Shown: positions 51,131-63,003 of the stretch, piece by piece
How positions within the stretch are numbered: position 1 is the first letter of the stretch
Layout of the letters: each line of letters starts with the position of its first letter
Assembly: GCF_004010195.1 (NCBI RefSeq)
Contig: NC_057749.1
Coordinates: 6,841,416 to 6,905,415 of the forward strand
Length of the DNA stretch: 64,000 bases
Origin: Chiloscyllium plagiosum
Lineage: Eukaryota
Direction of reading: 5' to 3'
Position numbers and translations under genes: made by a program
Notes under the pieces: model-generated
Told to the model about the DNA's origin: nothing
The model's database searches: none
Seen by the model: the letters and a program-made list of their open reading frames with translations, nothing else

Positions 51131-52619
51131 GAAAGGAGTCTGTTCCAGAAAACCTCTGGGTTTCCTTTGCCCCTGAGGGACACTTTGGCTGCGACCACTC
51201 CCTGAGCTGGCTGCTCCTTGGAGATCTGTCGCTGCTCCTGGCCTTAGTGAAAGGCCTAGTTAGACAGCCAACTACAGTGACCAAAACCCCAAGAAACAGG
51301 CTTTCAATGCAAAGGGCTTAGATTAATCAAAGAAGAAGCAAAAAAGTTTCTTAAATCTCAGAGCAGTCATGGGTGGTGAACCTTGCAGAGCAGGGTTGAC
51401 CATACAGTGATACATGGCGGATGTGGATAATGGTGGGGAGGGGTGGTGCCATGCCTACATTGGGCATCAACATTCCACATCAGCATGTGCAGTAACCTCC
51501 CAAAGGCACTGCATTGGCTGAGTGACCATCACATGGCAGGGAGAACAGGCTGCCCACAGTGCAACACCACCCTCTCCATCCTAAACCCACATCAAACTCT
51601 CACAGCTACTCTCTGCATTTCAGCTCACACAACTGCAGCACACTGCAGGACTCAACCCTGTGTGCCACACCCCAAGATGGCAAAACAGTGGTCATAGCAT
51701 GATCCTGCACTGTGATCACACCGCACATTCATTCTAACAGATGGACGTGACAGAAGTCGGTGAGGGTTAGTCAAGGCTGCAGGAATGTTAGTGATGGTGG
51801 TTTCCACTGCGGGAGCGGGGTTGGCATCAGCAACATCAGTGAGGCCATCAGCACGAGCAAGAGCCTTGAGGTTTGCACAAAAAGTGATTTCCTCTTCACC
51901 AGCTCTGTACATTTTAATGGGATGTGTAGATGAGGAAGCTCTCAAGGTCTAATCTGAACACTGCATTAGTGAAGCCATCTCTCTGTATTGCACTGCAGGA
52001 ACAGCCTCGAATTTTGAATCAGTCCCTTAATTGGGCTTAACTCCTAACCTCCTGACTCAGAGGCAACCACATTACCCATTAAACCACCATAATTACAGCT
52101 AGCCTTTTATGTAGCTGTTCCTGGGAGTCAGAGAACATTCTGTTTTCAAACAATGGAGCTGCAACTGACAGTGTATGCAGACTGTGAAACCTTGTCGTGC
52201 TTCTCATTTACAATCGGTTCCAAAAGGTTTTTGTTACTTTTTGGGAAAAAAAACAAGGTATTGATTTTGATGTTATTGTCACGTGTACTCAAGTACTAAA
52301 GTACAGGAGTCCAGTGAAAAGTGTCACCACACAAGGCACTATCTTGGGTACAAGTACTGAGGTACGGAATCTTAAGAACAAGGTGGAAAGAAAGAACAAA
52401 GTTAAAAGTTAAACTTTGCATTAATTATGGTATAGCATCAAGCATACGAAATACGGGTAAAAGTTACACATTGCAGACCTTCTTAGTTTTAAGTAGAAAA
52501 TAAAGAAACAAAGCTGAAAATTCAAACATGACAGTGTTTAGTCATCGTGGGACCAGACTTTGAGGAATCACTTCCTTACTGGAAGTCCACACTGAGGCCA
52601 CGCCAGGCCATACACTGAC

Positions 52620-53410
52620 ACATGCCACCAAAAGACCGCCACACTGGGCCGAGAGACTGCCACGCCAGGCTGAGAGACCACCATGCCAGGCCAACAGATC
52701 ACCATGCCATGCTGACAGACCACCACACCGGGCTGAGAGACCATCATACAGAGCTGAGAGACAACCACATTCAGGCTGACAGTCCACGATGCTCTGCTGA
52801 GAGGTCACCATACTGTGCTGAGAGACCAGCACACCGGGTCAAGAAACGACCACACTGGGCCGAGACCACCATGTGGTGCTGAGAGACACCACGCCAGGTT
52901 GAGAGACCACCATGCAGTGCTGAGAGAACACCACAACAGGCTGAGAGACCACCACGCCAGTGGAGAGCTGTCATACCAAGCCAAGAGACTATCATGCTGT
53001 GCTGAGAGACCACCACGCCAGGCTGAGAGACCACCATGCTGTGCTGAGAGACCACTATGCCAGGCAGAGAGACCACCACACCGGACCAAGAGACCACCAC
53101 ACTAAGCTGAGAGATGACCATGCTAGACTGAGAGACTGCCCCCTTCACCCCCACCTCTATCCACCTATTGCGCTCTCAGCTACGTTCTCCCAGCCCCACC
53201 CACTTCCCATTTATCTCACCACCCCCGAGGCTCCCAGCCTCATTCCTGAAGAAGGGCTCCGGACTGAAATGTCGAATTTCCTGCTCCTCAGGTGCTGCCT
53301 GACCTGCTGTGCTTTTCCAGCAACACACTCTCAGATCTGATCTCCAGCATTTGCAGGCCTCACTGTCTCCTAAGAGACTGCCACACCATGCCGTGATGAG
53401 AGGCCATTAT
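52620..53410. repeat. Minisatellite of about 21-bp units (GCTGAGAGACCACCACGCCAG), interrupted by a PLE
   Basis: Directly visible array of more than 20 degenerate units. Confidence 0.93.
53141..53370 (+). mobile_element. PLE family A 3' fragment
   Basis: Hammerhead-like core at 53246-53273 with ATTC/GAAT stem I; family A terminus. Confidence 0.8.
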
Positions 53411-53894
53411 GCCATGAACTGCTCTTTAAGACCAAATATGTTAATTTGTGAACTCTGGTAATTCTTTCGATTCCAATGAAACTTCAGGAGGTTTAAGATC
53501 ACAGAGTGCCTGAGAGTGCAGGTTTCAGTCCATGCATTTCCAGATGCCAAGGTGACTGGAATTGGTAGCTTCATCTACTCTCCTCCTCAACCCCCACCCC
53601 GTCAGGCCTTTACTCCTCTTCTAGATGGTATGCTCTCTTATTTTTAGTTTGAAGTGAACTGTTCAATCCAGAATTTGTCCCTCTCTTCAGCTAAAATTTA
53701 TCGAGATCTGTATGTGGTAGCAATGGTAAAGTTGGATGCTGTTGACATCCTAAGATCACAAAAGCTGCTACTTATGAGCAATATCTTTGTTTTTTGGCCT
53801 TCCAATGTGTTTGTAATTATCCAGCTCAGATGTAAGGGCGACCATTCACCTCTAGTTCCCAGGTAGGAAATCTCACTCTGTTTCCACACGTCAC

Positions 53895-54303
53895 TGAACT
53901 TGAATTCAATTCAAGAATTTAATTTGAATTTGAATTTATTGTCACGTGTACCGAGGCACAGTGAAAATCTTTGTCTTGTGAGCAATACAGGCAGATCACA
54001 GAGTTAACTAGCATGGATATGTAAATAATAGGTAAACAGCAGCAAACCAAAAATACAAGTACAGGTGAATGCTAAGAGTTTGTGAGTCCATTCAGTATTC
54101 TAACAAAAGTAGGGTAGAAACTGTCTCGAAACTGGCTGGTGCGTGTGTTCAGGCTTCTGTACCTACTCCCCGATGGTAGAGGCTGTAGAAAAACATTGCC
54201 AGGGTGGGATGGATCTTTGAGAATGCTGGAGGCCTTTCCTTGACAGTGGGCCCGGTGGATGGATTCTATAGATGGGAGGTTGGCGTTTGTAATTGTCCAG
54301 GCC
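53895..54303 (-). mobile_element. Rex1/Babar-like LINE 3' end
   Basis: LPSIESIH...KASSILKDPSHPG...LPSGSRYRSL...DSFYP; short-repeat tail. Confidence 0.85.
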
Positions 54304-55414
54304 AATCTGAAAGTCAATTTCTAGAACGGGACACACAATACCTCATCTATCTCTCCATATTGTGCCATGAAAGCATGTTACAGACAAGCAGTTAAGATGA
54401 AAATCTCCCCCATTATCATCAGTTTCTTCCTGTCAATAAGCAAGAGAAACATGCCTTTTGAGAGGACATTCTTTCAAAATGTAGAGACCTTTGAGTAATC
54501 TGGCACAAGTCCCCTTATTCACCCGGTGCCATTAAACAATGTCTGTACCACATTCATTTGTGCCAATTTATTTTAATGGCAGTGCAGTAAAAGTGACATT
54601 TTGTCAATAAGTTTTACTCCGTCAATAAAAGAAAACTTTTGCGATTGGACGCGGTATGTGAAAAGTAAGGAAATGAAAATGTGACCTTTAAAAAAAAAAT
54701 CGTCAAGGAAAGAGACGCTAATAACCATAAAATAAGAAAGAAAATTCAGTCAAAAGATCAGAACAGCAACATGAAACAATTTGCCTCTTAAAAGGGCGGC
54801 AGATCCCAGTGCGCTGCTGTTGCAAACACATTAACCACAACATGGCTTTTTTGGAGAGAAAGAAACCTCGCTGTTAAGATTAAAAATGTTAAATAAGAAA
54901 ACCAAAATGACATTATAATTTATTGGGCTGCCTTCTCGCATAATACAAAAATGTCAAATTTGTCATTTGACCTTTTAAATAGTAAGTTATGGAAAGAGAT
55001 GTGGTTAATAATGCAGTATTAGAGCTATGTTCACCAGTTGCTACATTACTTTTTAGAATTCATCGATCTGAAACAGGGTGCACTTTCTCCAATTAGATGT
55101 GGGTCATGGGAGCACAGGGGAATCATTGTTTCCCCGATCTAGTGTTTGAATTACAACTTATTGAATCTCGATGCTGAATTTGGATTGAACACCGAAAATC
55201 ATAGCCAGGGATCTTCAAGACAGAGAGGGAATAAAGAAGAATCACACTGAGTTAAAGTCGTTTTGGACTCAAAATATTAACTTGTGTTTTGCTCTCCACA
55301 GAAACTGCTGAGTTTTTCCAGCATTTCCTGCTTTCACTTAGGAGTGTATATCTTCACACTGTAATAACTCTACAGAGGCCGGTATCCTGTACACATTCAT
55401 AACACTTGACACTG

Positions 55415-55630
55415 TAGGCAAGCAGGAGGCTGGAAGAACACAGCAAGCCAGGCAGCATTAGGAGGTGGGGAAGTCTCAATGTTTCAGGTGTACCCCTTCT
55501 TCAGTTACACCCGAGACGCTGACTTTTCCACCTCCTGATGCTGCCTGACTTGCTGTGCTCTTCCAGCTTCCTGCTTGTGTACCTTGGATTCAAGCATCTG
55601 CATTTTCTTTTTGGCTCCAACCAAGTTAGT
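55415..55630. mobile_element. PLE family D hairpin
   Basis: TSD ACTTGACA(C/T)TG at 55404-55414 and 55631-55641; minus strand CTGAAGA-A-GGGGTACACCT-GAAACATT at 55478-55504. Confidence 0.8.
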
Positions 55631-55722
55631 ACTTGACATTGGTCTGGTTCCGTCAGACCCAGTTCTCAGAGTGAACAGAACTTGACACTCCTGTTTATAT
55701 CTGTCAGCCAGAGCTCAATTGT

Positions 55723-56083
55723 ATAGAGTCATAGAATCCCTACAGTGTGGAAGCAGGCCATTTGACCCATCAAGTCCAAAATGCCCCTCCAAAGAACACA
55801 CCACCCAGATCCATCCCCCTATCTTATCCTTGTAACCCTGCAATTTGCCATGGCTAATCCATCCAGCCTGCACATCCCTGAACACTATGGGCAATTCAGC
55901 ATGGCCAATCCACCTAACCCGCACATCTTTGGACTGTGGGAGGAAACCAGAGCACCTGGAAGAAACCCACACAGACATGAGGAGAATGCACAAACTCGAC
56001 ACAGACAGTCGTCACAGGTTGGAATTGAACCTGGGTCCCTCATGCTGTGAGGCAGCAGTGCTAAACACTGAGCAACTGTGCCA
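55723..56083 (-). mobile_element. HE1-like V-SINE
   Basis: Head, core and tail. Confidence 0.9.
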
Positions 56084-56289
56084 TTCCCTGCATGGACCAG
56101 ATTAACAGCCCCAATCAGGGAACTCATATTCTATGAGGTCCACCTGGCTGACCTTGTTATAGTCATGGAAGGGTTGTGGAAATTAAAACTCATTCTTGCC
56201 CCATGTAATAGGTTCTTGCTAGCCCAGTATCCCAAAATGATTTAGAGTCCAGGTAGAATCATAGAAAGTACTCTTGTAGATTTTATCGA

Positions 56290-56525
56290 ACCAACCTGTT
56301 CAGAGATGATATAATATAACTCTGCGGCATATGGGACCTGAACCCCGGCCTCCTGGCTCAGAGATAGAACACTACCACTGTGCCACAAGAGCCCTCTCGA
56401 TTTTATGTAAAGATAGATATTTTCCTCATCAACCTGCTCAGAAATGTTATGACACCTCTCTGGAGCAGATGGGATTTGACCCTGGATTTGATGACTCAGA
56501 GCAAGGGACACTAGCACAATGACCA
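56290..56525 (-). mobile_element. Two tandem copies of a short (about 105 bp) tRNA-derived SINE-like unit
   Basis: A-box TGGCACAGTGG and B-box-like GGTTCAGGTCC; related copies at about 22455-22545 and 38065-38160. Confidence 0.55.
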
Positions 56526-57401
56526 TATGCATCTTATCCAAATGGATCACTGAATATTGAGCGAGTCTGGGGTCTGTAGAGAGCCACACTGACGTCTCAC
56601 CAGGTTGAGGTTATGAAAGTCAAATCGCAGACAATTTAGAGCACTGAAGATGGAAAAGCTTTGAATCAGAAAAGCAGATAAATGTATAGCTTGTTAGTAA
56701 CTGAAAGCAAAAAATGGGTTTCTTAATTTATTTTGGAACTGTAGCAGCAATTCAGTTTGATGAAGGAACTGAGAAGATGCATCAGGTTTGCAGTTAAGTA
56801 ACTGATTACTTCCAGGCTGCAGAAGTGAATTGTCGAGAAGATGAGGAAGCTCTTCCGGTATCCAAACTGATTTTTATTCCACAACCAACACCTATAATAG
56901 ATGTGTCAGTCACTTAAACCACAGATGTTTGCCACCGTATCTTCTACATAATGACTTGACAGCACTTAAACAGTATAATGCCAATAATAGAGGGGGACTT
57001 TGACCTATAAATGTATACCTTATGCACGCTCGTACTTACAAATGCAATCCAACACAGGGTGCATTAGTACTAATTTTAAAGATCCGATTATCAAACAAAT
57101 TGCATTTATGAATGGCTCCTTTGTATTTTGTCCCCTATTGCATACAAGACAGAGCTATTTTGCAACTCAGGTACTGCCTGTAATGATATAACCATTCAGC
57201 AATCTGTTTCTGAGTAAAACTAGCTGCGCACATCCACCCATGGTGCTTAGATCACCTCCTCCCCACTGAACAAAGCAACAGTGTAAACATACCTCATAAT
57301 GAGCTCCAGTAGCTAGTTTTTAAACATGCAGCAATTCCTCCCACAGTCTTTGGTTTAAAGCAGTCCTTTCCTATATTGGCACCATATTTAAAATAAAGAG
57401 A

Positions 57402-57609
57402 GAAGTCACATGGCACCAGGTTATTGTCCAACAGGTTTATTTGAAATCACAAGCTTTCACAATGTTGATCCTTTGTCAGATGAAGCCACCTGCCAAAGGA
57501 GAAATGCTGTGAAAGCTTGTGATTTCAAATAAACCTGTTGGATAATAACCTGGTGTCATGTGGCTTCTGATTTTGTCCACCCCAGTCCAACACTGACACC
57601 TCCATATCA
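57402..57609. mobile_element. PLE family C hairpin
   Basis: Inverted arms; 13-bp TSD TAAAATAAAGAGA at 57389-57401 and 57610-57622. Confidence 0.82.
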
Positions 57610-57794
57610 TAAAATAAAGAGAAGTAAGAAGGGGCAGTCTGTGCACAAATCAGAGACTGATTAACTCTGTGGGGGGAGCTGATTTATCAAAAATGGGAAA
57701 ACACATTAGGAAATAAGAATTGGACATTATGGCAATCAACTGATTGTTGAGTGTGTACCTTACAGATGTATAAAAAGGTGACTGACAGGCAGGG

Positions 57795-58056
57795 CTTGTC
57801 CGACCTGCCTAGCTCCTTGTCCACCTATCCACTCCACCCTCTCCTCCCTGACCTATCACCTTCATCTCCTCCCCCACTGACCTATTGTACTCTCTGCTAC
57901 TCTATCCCCACCCCCACCCTCCTCTAGCTTATCTCTCCACGCTTCAGGCTCTCTGCCTTTATTCCTGATGAAGGGCTTTTGCCCGAAACGTCGATTTCGA
58001 AGCTCCTCGGATGCTGCCTGAATTGCTGTGCTCTTCCAGCACCACTGATCCAGAGT
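57795..58056 (+). mobile_element. PLE family A-related fragment
   Basis: Homologous to the reverse complement of 12276-12652. Confidence 0.8.
57965..57992 (+). ncRNA. Minimal hammerhead ribozyme motif, core intact
   Basis: CUGAUGA-A-GGGC-UUUU-GCCC-GAAA-CGUC. Confidence 0.75.
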
Positions 58057-58202
58057 TGCATCATTGCGCACACACATGGAGTCCTCTTAAAGGCAAGGCA
58101 AGAAATACCCCACTTGCTGCAAATCACCAAGGGAAATCATTGAGGCTGTTCAACGTGCTATAGAAATGCAGGGTTCTTTTTCTTTGAAACATATGACCCA
58201 TA

Positions 58203-58505
58203 GGGGTGGCACAGTGGCTCAGTGGTTAGCACTGCTGCCTCATGGCACCAGGATCCCAGGTTTGATTCCAGCCTCGGGTGACTGTGTGGGATTTGCACAT
58301 ACTTCCCGTGTCTGCGTGGGTTTCCTCCGGGTGCTCCGGTTTCCTCCTACAGTCCAAAAATGTGCAGGTCAGTCAGGTGAATTGGCTAGTGTTAGCTGCA
58401 TTAGTCAGAGGAACATGGGTCTGGGTGGGTTAGTCTTCAAAGAGGATCGGTGTGGACTGGTTGGGCCAAAGGGCTTGTTTCTGCACTGTAAGGAATCTAA
58501 TCTAA
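58203..58505 (+). mobile_element. HE1-like V-SINE
   Basis: Head, core and tail. Confidence 0.88.
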
Positions 58506-59144
58506 CCCCTTCAAAATTGACATTTGAATGTAAATTTTAAACTTCCTATTTGAAATCTTACTTCACTAAAACGTATGATATTAAAGAGAAATATTAATTG
58601 GATGTTGACAACGTATTAAGATTACAACTAAAGTATGAAACACAAATATTTGTTGTAAGTCCAGGCTGCAGGGTTAAGTCTTTCAGTTTGCCATGACAAC
58701 AATGACAATTAACTATAATATTTGAAAATGTTAGCTGCAGACTTTTGAACTGGAAACAAATGTCAGCGAAGTATTATTTTTTCTAAATGTCACTGTGGGT
58801 GCCCTTTCTGTGTAGGTCAAAGGATAACAGCAAGATTTAAAATATTTAGGTTCCCCAGTATACACCCACCCGACTCTAAATAACAATGCACATCTTCAAC
58901 AACACACAGAAAGTGGAAGCAGTTGGACAATCCAGCTGGTGGAAGCAAGATCCATAGATTCGTAAGCGGGAACCCTCAAATAGCCATATTTATCCTGTCA
59001 AATTGATGGGGGTCAGAGATCACGTAGAGATCATAATTTTAACCCTTGTGCTGGCATTATTCTGCTCACGCCAGACTCAAAGTCAGCCAGACCTTGGTTT
59101 GTAGCATGTCCATTTCCTCAGTGGTTCAAGCTCCACACAAGCAT

Positions 59145-59458
59145 TTCATGGAATCCCTGCAGCGTGGATACAGGTCCTTTGACCCAAAAGATACACACCA
59201 ACCCTCTGGAGAGTAACCCACCCATTCCCCTACATTTACCCCTTACTGATGCAACTAACCTATACATCACAGAACACCATGGGCAATTTATCCTGGCCAA
59301 TTCACCTAACCTACACATCTTTGGACTGTGGGAGGAAACCCACATAGACACAGGGAGAATGTACAAGCTCCACACAGACAGTAACTCGAGGCTGGACTTG
59401 AACCTGGGTCCCTGGCGCTGTGAGGGAAGCAGTGTTAACCACTGAGCTACCATGCTGC
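59145..59458 (-). mobile_element. HE1-like V-SINE
   Basis: Head, core and tail. Confidence 0.88.
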
Positions 59459-59638
59459 TCACTTAGGTAGATGCTTCAGTACACTGCTAGACTGGCAAGG
59501 GTGCAGCCTTTCAAATGAGTCCTTAAATAAAAGCGACAATGGTTCCCTGTTTTATTTTTGTTGCTCTTTCACGGGCCGAGAGCATCTCAGGGAAGGCCAG
59601 CATCTATTGTCCAGCCCTAACTGGTTTATTTCAGTCAA

Positions 59639-59836
59639 GGATGTGGAGGTGCTGGCGTTGGACTGGGCTGGACAAAGTCAGAGGTCACACGACATCAGGT
59701 TATAGCCCAACAGGTTTGTTTGAAACCTCAAACTTTTGCAGCACTGCTTCTTCATTAGGCGATGTCTACTTCACTTGCTTGTGATTTTAAACAAACCTGT
59801 TGGACTATAACCTGGTCTTACGTTCCTTCTGACCTG
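59639..59836. mobile_element. PLE family C hairpin
   Basis: TSD TTTCAGTCAA at 59629-59638 and 59837-59846; inverted arms. Confidence 0.78.
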
Positions 59837-59924
59837 TTTCAGTCAACCATACTGCTGCAGGTCTGCTTGGCTTTGTTCGAGGACATTAGTAAAGCAGATG
59901 AGTTTTTAAGCTAACAATCAATGA

Positions 59925-60235
59925 TAAAATCATAGAGTAGAAACAGGCCCTTTGATCCAACTCATCCATGCCAACCATATACCCTAACCCAATCTAGTCC
60001 CAACTGCCAGCACTTGGCCTATAGCCCTCTAAACCCTTCCTATTCATACACACATCCAGATGCCTTTTAAATAGTGTAATTATACCAGCCTTGACCATTT
60101 CCTCTAGCAGCTCACTCCATACACGCACTACCCTCTACATGAACAAGTTGGCCTTTAAGTCCCTTTGAAATCTTTCCCTCTCCCTTTGAACCTACATCCT
60201 CCAGTTTTGGACTCCCCTCCCCTGGGGGAAAGACT
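59925..60235 (-). mobile_element. CR1/HER1 LINE 3' fragment
   Basis: Homologous to 61450-61770. Confidence 0.85.
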
Positions 60236-60856
60236 GACTACCATTCTGAGACTAACTTTGCATTCCAGATGTTTTTTACTGAATTCAAATTTCACCAGCT
60301 GTTTTAGTGGGATTTGAACCCATGTTCTGAGAGCAAAAGGCTCAAGTCTTACAAGTCCAACAATATGACCCCTAAACCCCTATCCTCTCAAAGTAAAGGC
60401 TGGTCACGTTTCATTCTGGTTTGTACTTAACCAACATTCTCTTCCTAAAAGCAAAGCAATGGGTTGAAAAAACGTATATTAATTTTTCAATCAAATGTAT
60501 TTTTCTGATATTGTTTGAGTGGGAAGCCATCTTGAAATTACTTTTGAGTGTAACATTGTAAATATTTAGCGTGACATTTTCATCTTCCAGAGATACTCAG
60601 AAGAGTAACAATTCTTGTAGTATTCTGTATATCAGGAACAAGGACTGTAAATGACAAATTTATTTTAGCCAACAGACAATTGACAGTGATTTTATTGTAC
60701 AGCGTGAAACTTACTTTATTTTCATTTAGAACTTGCCAGCTTCTTAGGAACAGTTATGAAACAAGATATATTGTATTTCAATGTAAGTGTCTGGTACTTT
60801 TGGTATGGGACTGACCTTACCATTTCTACTGCCAGCCCATATAGCGTCTTGCAAGG

Positions 60857-60982
60857 AGAAAGTGAGGACTGCAGATGCTGCAAACCAGAGTTGAAAAGTG
60901 TGGTGCTGGAAAAGCGCAGCAGGCCAGGCAGCATCCGAGGGGCAGGAGAATCGACATTTCGGGCATAAGCCCTTCTTCAGGA
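60857..60982 (-). mobile_element. PLE family A monomer
   Basis: TSD AG(C/T)GTCTTGCAAGG at 60843-60856 and 60983-60996; near-intact hammerhead at 60953-60980. Confidence 0.88.
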
Positions 60983-61449
60983 AGTGTCTTGCAAGGGGTT
61001 GGTTGATCAGGGGAGGAGGGTGGTCTAGCCACGTCTTCTACACATACACATGTGCACACAGCCATATGTCTTACAAAGCAGCAATCAGGCTATTGGGGCA
61101 TCAGATGCGTGGGACCACCACCTACAAGTTCCCCTCAAAATGACACACCAGCATCAGTTCTGAAGAAGTCATACAGGACTCAAAACATTAATATTCAGCT
61201 TCCTATCTTAACAAATGCACCAAAACAGCTAAACGTTGAGAAAATTCAACATGGAAATCAGAGCCGGTACCTCACGACTTGCCACTTGCTCTGAACAACT
61301 TCCATGCTGGAAACTGGGCACTAACATCTCAAGGCATGCTCCACAGGCACTGCCCACACGCACCCCATATTAGAGCACATAGCATCCAATATGGACCAGC
61401 CTCTAAGAATCCCCACAGCACATGTCCAATCCACTTACTGGACAGTTCA

Positions 61450-61925
61450 TAGAGTCATACAGTCATAGATATGGACAGCACGGAAACAGACCCTTCAGTC
61501 CAACTCATCGATGCCAACTAGATATCCTAACCCAATCTAGTCCCGCCTGCCAGCACCCGCTCCATATCCCTCCAAACCCTTTCTATTCATATACCCATCC
61601 AGATGCCTTTTAAGTGTTGCAATTGTACCAGCGTCTGCCACTTCCTCTAGCAGCTCATTCCACACACGTACCACCCTCTGTGTGAAAAAGTTGCCCCTTA
61701 GGTTTCTTATATAATCTTCCCTTCTCACCTTAAACCTAAGCCGTCTAGTTCTGGACTCCCCCACCCCTGGGAAAATACCGTGTCCCTATTTACCCTATCC
61801 ATGCCCCTCATGATTTTATATACTTCTATAAGGTCACCCCTCAGCCTCTGGCACTCCAGAGAAAACAGCCTTAGCCGACTCAACCTCTCCCTATAGCTCA
61901 AATCCTGTAACCCTGGCAACATCCT
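61450..61925 (-). mobile_element. CR1/HER1 LINE 3' fragment
   Basis: MLPGLQDLSYRERL...LRGDLIEVYKIM and FFTQRVVRVWNEL. Confidence 0.92.
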
Positions 61926-62247
61926 TCCCAGGCAGCTATCATTATAATACTGCGGCTAGGGAACTGCATTCATAGACATGGACCCAGCTCATGGACTGAC
62001 CAAGGCTGAATTCTCAGCTCTATCGCTCAGTCACGTACTGAGCTGACCTGGACGCTCATAGCGTCCCTGCCTTGCATTGACTTGCATGGTTTGTCCTTTC
62101 GACCAGAGCTCATACCTATTTCTGGCTTGCTGTGCTATTTAGCACAGACACAAATTAAGGAAGCTTGTTTGCAAGCCAAGGGAGATGGACTTTGCTCAGG
62201 GTGGTCAAAGTTAGGATGCTCTCCATATAAGGGGTGAGGATCCAAAT

Positions 62248-63003
62248 GTCACAGAATCCCTACTGTGTGAAAAAAAGGCATTTCTGCCCATTGAGTGTAT
62301 ACCAACCATCCAAAGAACATCCCAGCCCCAGATATCTACCCTTTCACTGTAACCACATATTTGCCATGCTAAACAGTCCCGTAGTGACCAGGGATGTGCA
62401 GGTTAACCAGGGATGTGCAGCTAACCCACCTAACCTGCACATCCCTGGACACTACGGGACCATTTAGCATGACCAATCCACCCTAACCTGTTCACCTTTG
62501 GACTGTGGGAGGAAACCGGAGCACCCAGAGGAAACCCATGTAGACAAGGGGAGAATGTGCAAACTCCACACAGGTGGTCACCTGGAGAGGGTGGCACAGT
62601 TTCTCAGTGGTTAGCACTGCTGCCTCACAGCACCAGGGACGCGGGTTTGATTCCAGCCTCCGGCGACTGTCTGCGTGGAGTTTGCAATTCTCCCTGTGTC
62701 TGCGTGGGTTTTCTTTGAGTGCTCTGGTGTCCTCCCACAGTCCAAGGATGTGCATGTTAGGTGAATTGGCTATGCTAAATTGCCCATAGTGTTCAGGGAT
62801 GTGAGGGTTAGGTGCATTAGTCAGGGGTAAGTGTAGAGTAATAGGGTAGGGGAATGAGTCTGGGTGGGTCACCCTATGGACTTGTTGGGCCGAAGGGCCT
62901 GTTTCCACACTGTCGGGATCCTTTAATCTATGATAATCTGGAATCAAACCTGGGTCCTTGGTGCTGTGAGGCAGCAGTGCTAACCACTGAGACGCTGTGC
63001 ACC
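62248..63003. mobile_element. V-SINE (+, about 62588-62935) nested antisense inside another V-SINE (-, 62248-62586 and 62938-63003)
   Basis: The host SINE is continuous across the insert; CTGGA at both junctions. Confidence 0.82.

Larger units (their letters stand above)
55360..56166 (-). mobile_element. Solo LTR of the 4683-5876 family with a nested PLE and V-SINE
   Basis: Continuous with the 46891-47120 sequence after removing the inserts. Confidence 0.75.

Noticed and set aside
52542..53340. Repetitive ORFs such as (LRDHHAR)n or (MVVSQ)n as a repeat protein
   Set aside because: Several frames on both strands are open simply because the unit is 21 bp; there is no gene context
1243..63003. 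V-SINE strand bias (about 15 minus, 7 plus) as evidence of host-gene orientation
   Set aside because: The sample is too small to be persuasive
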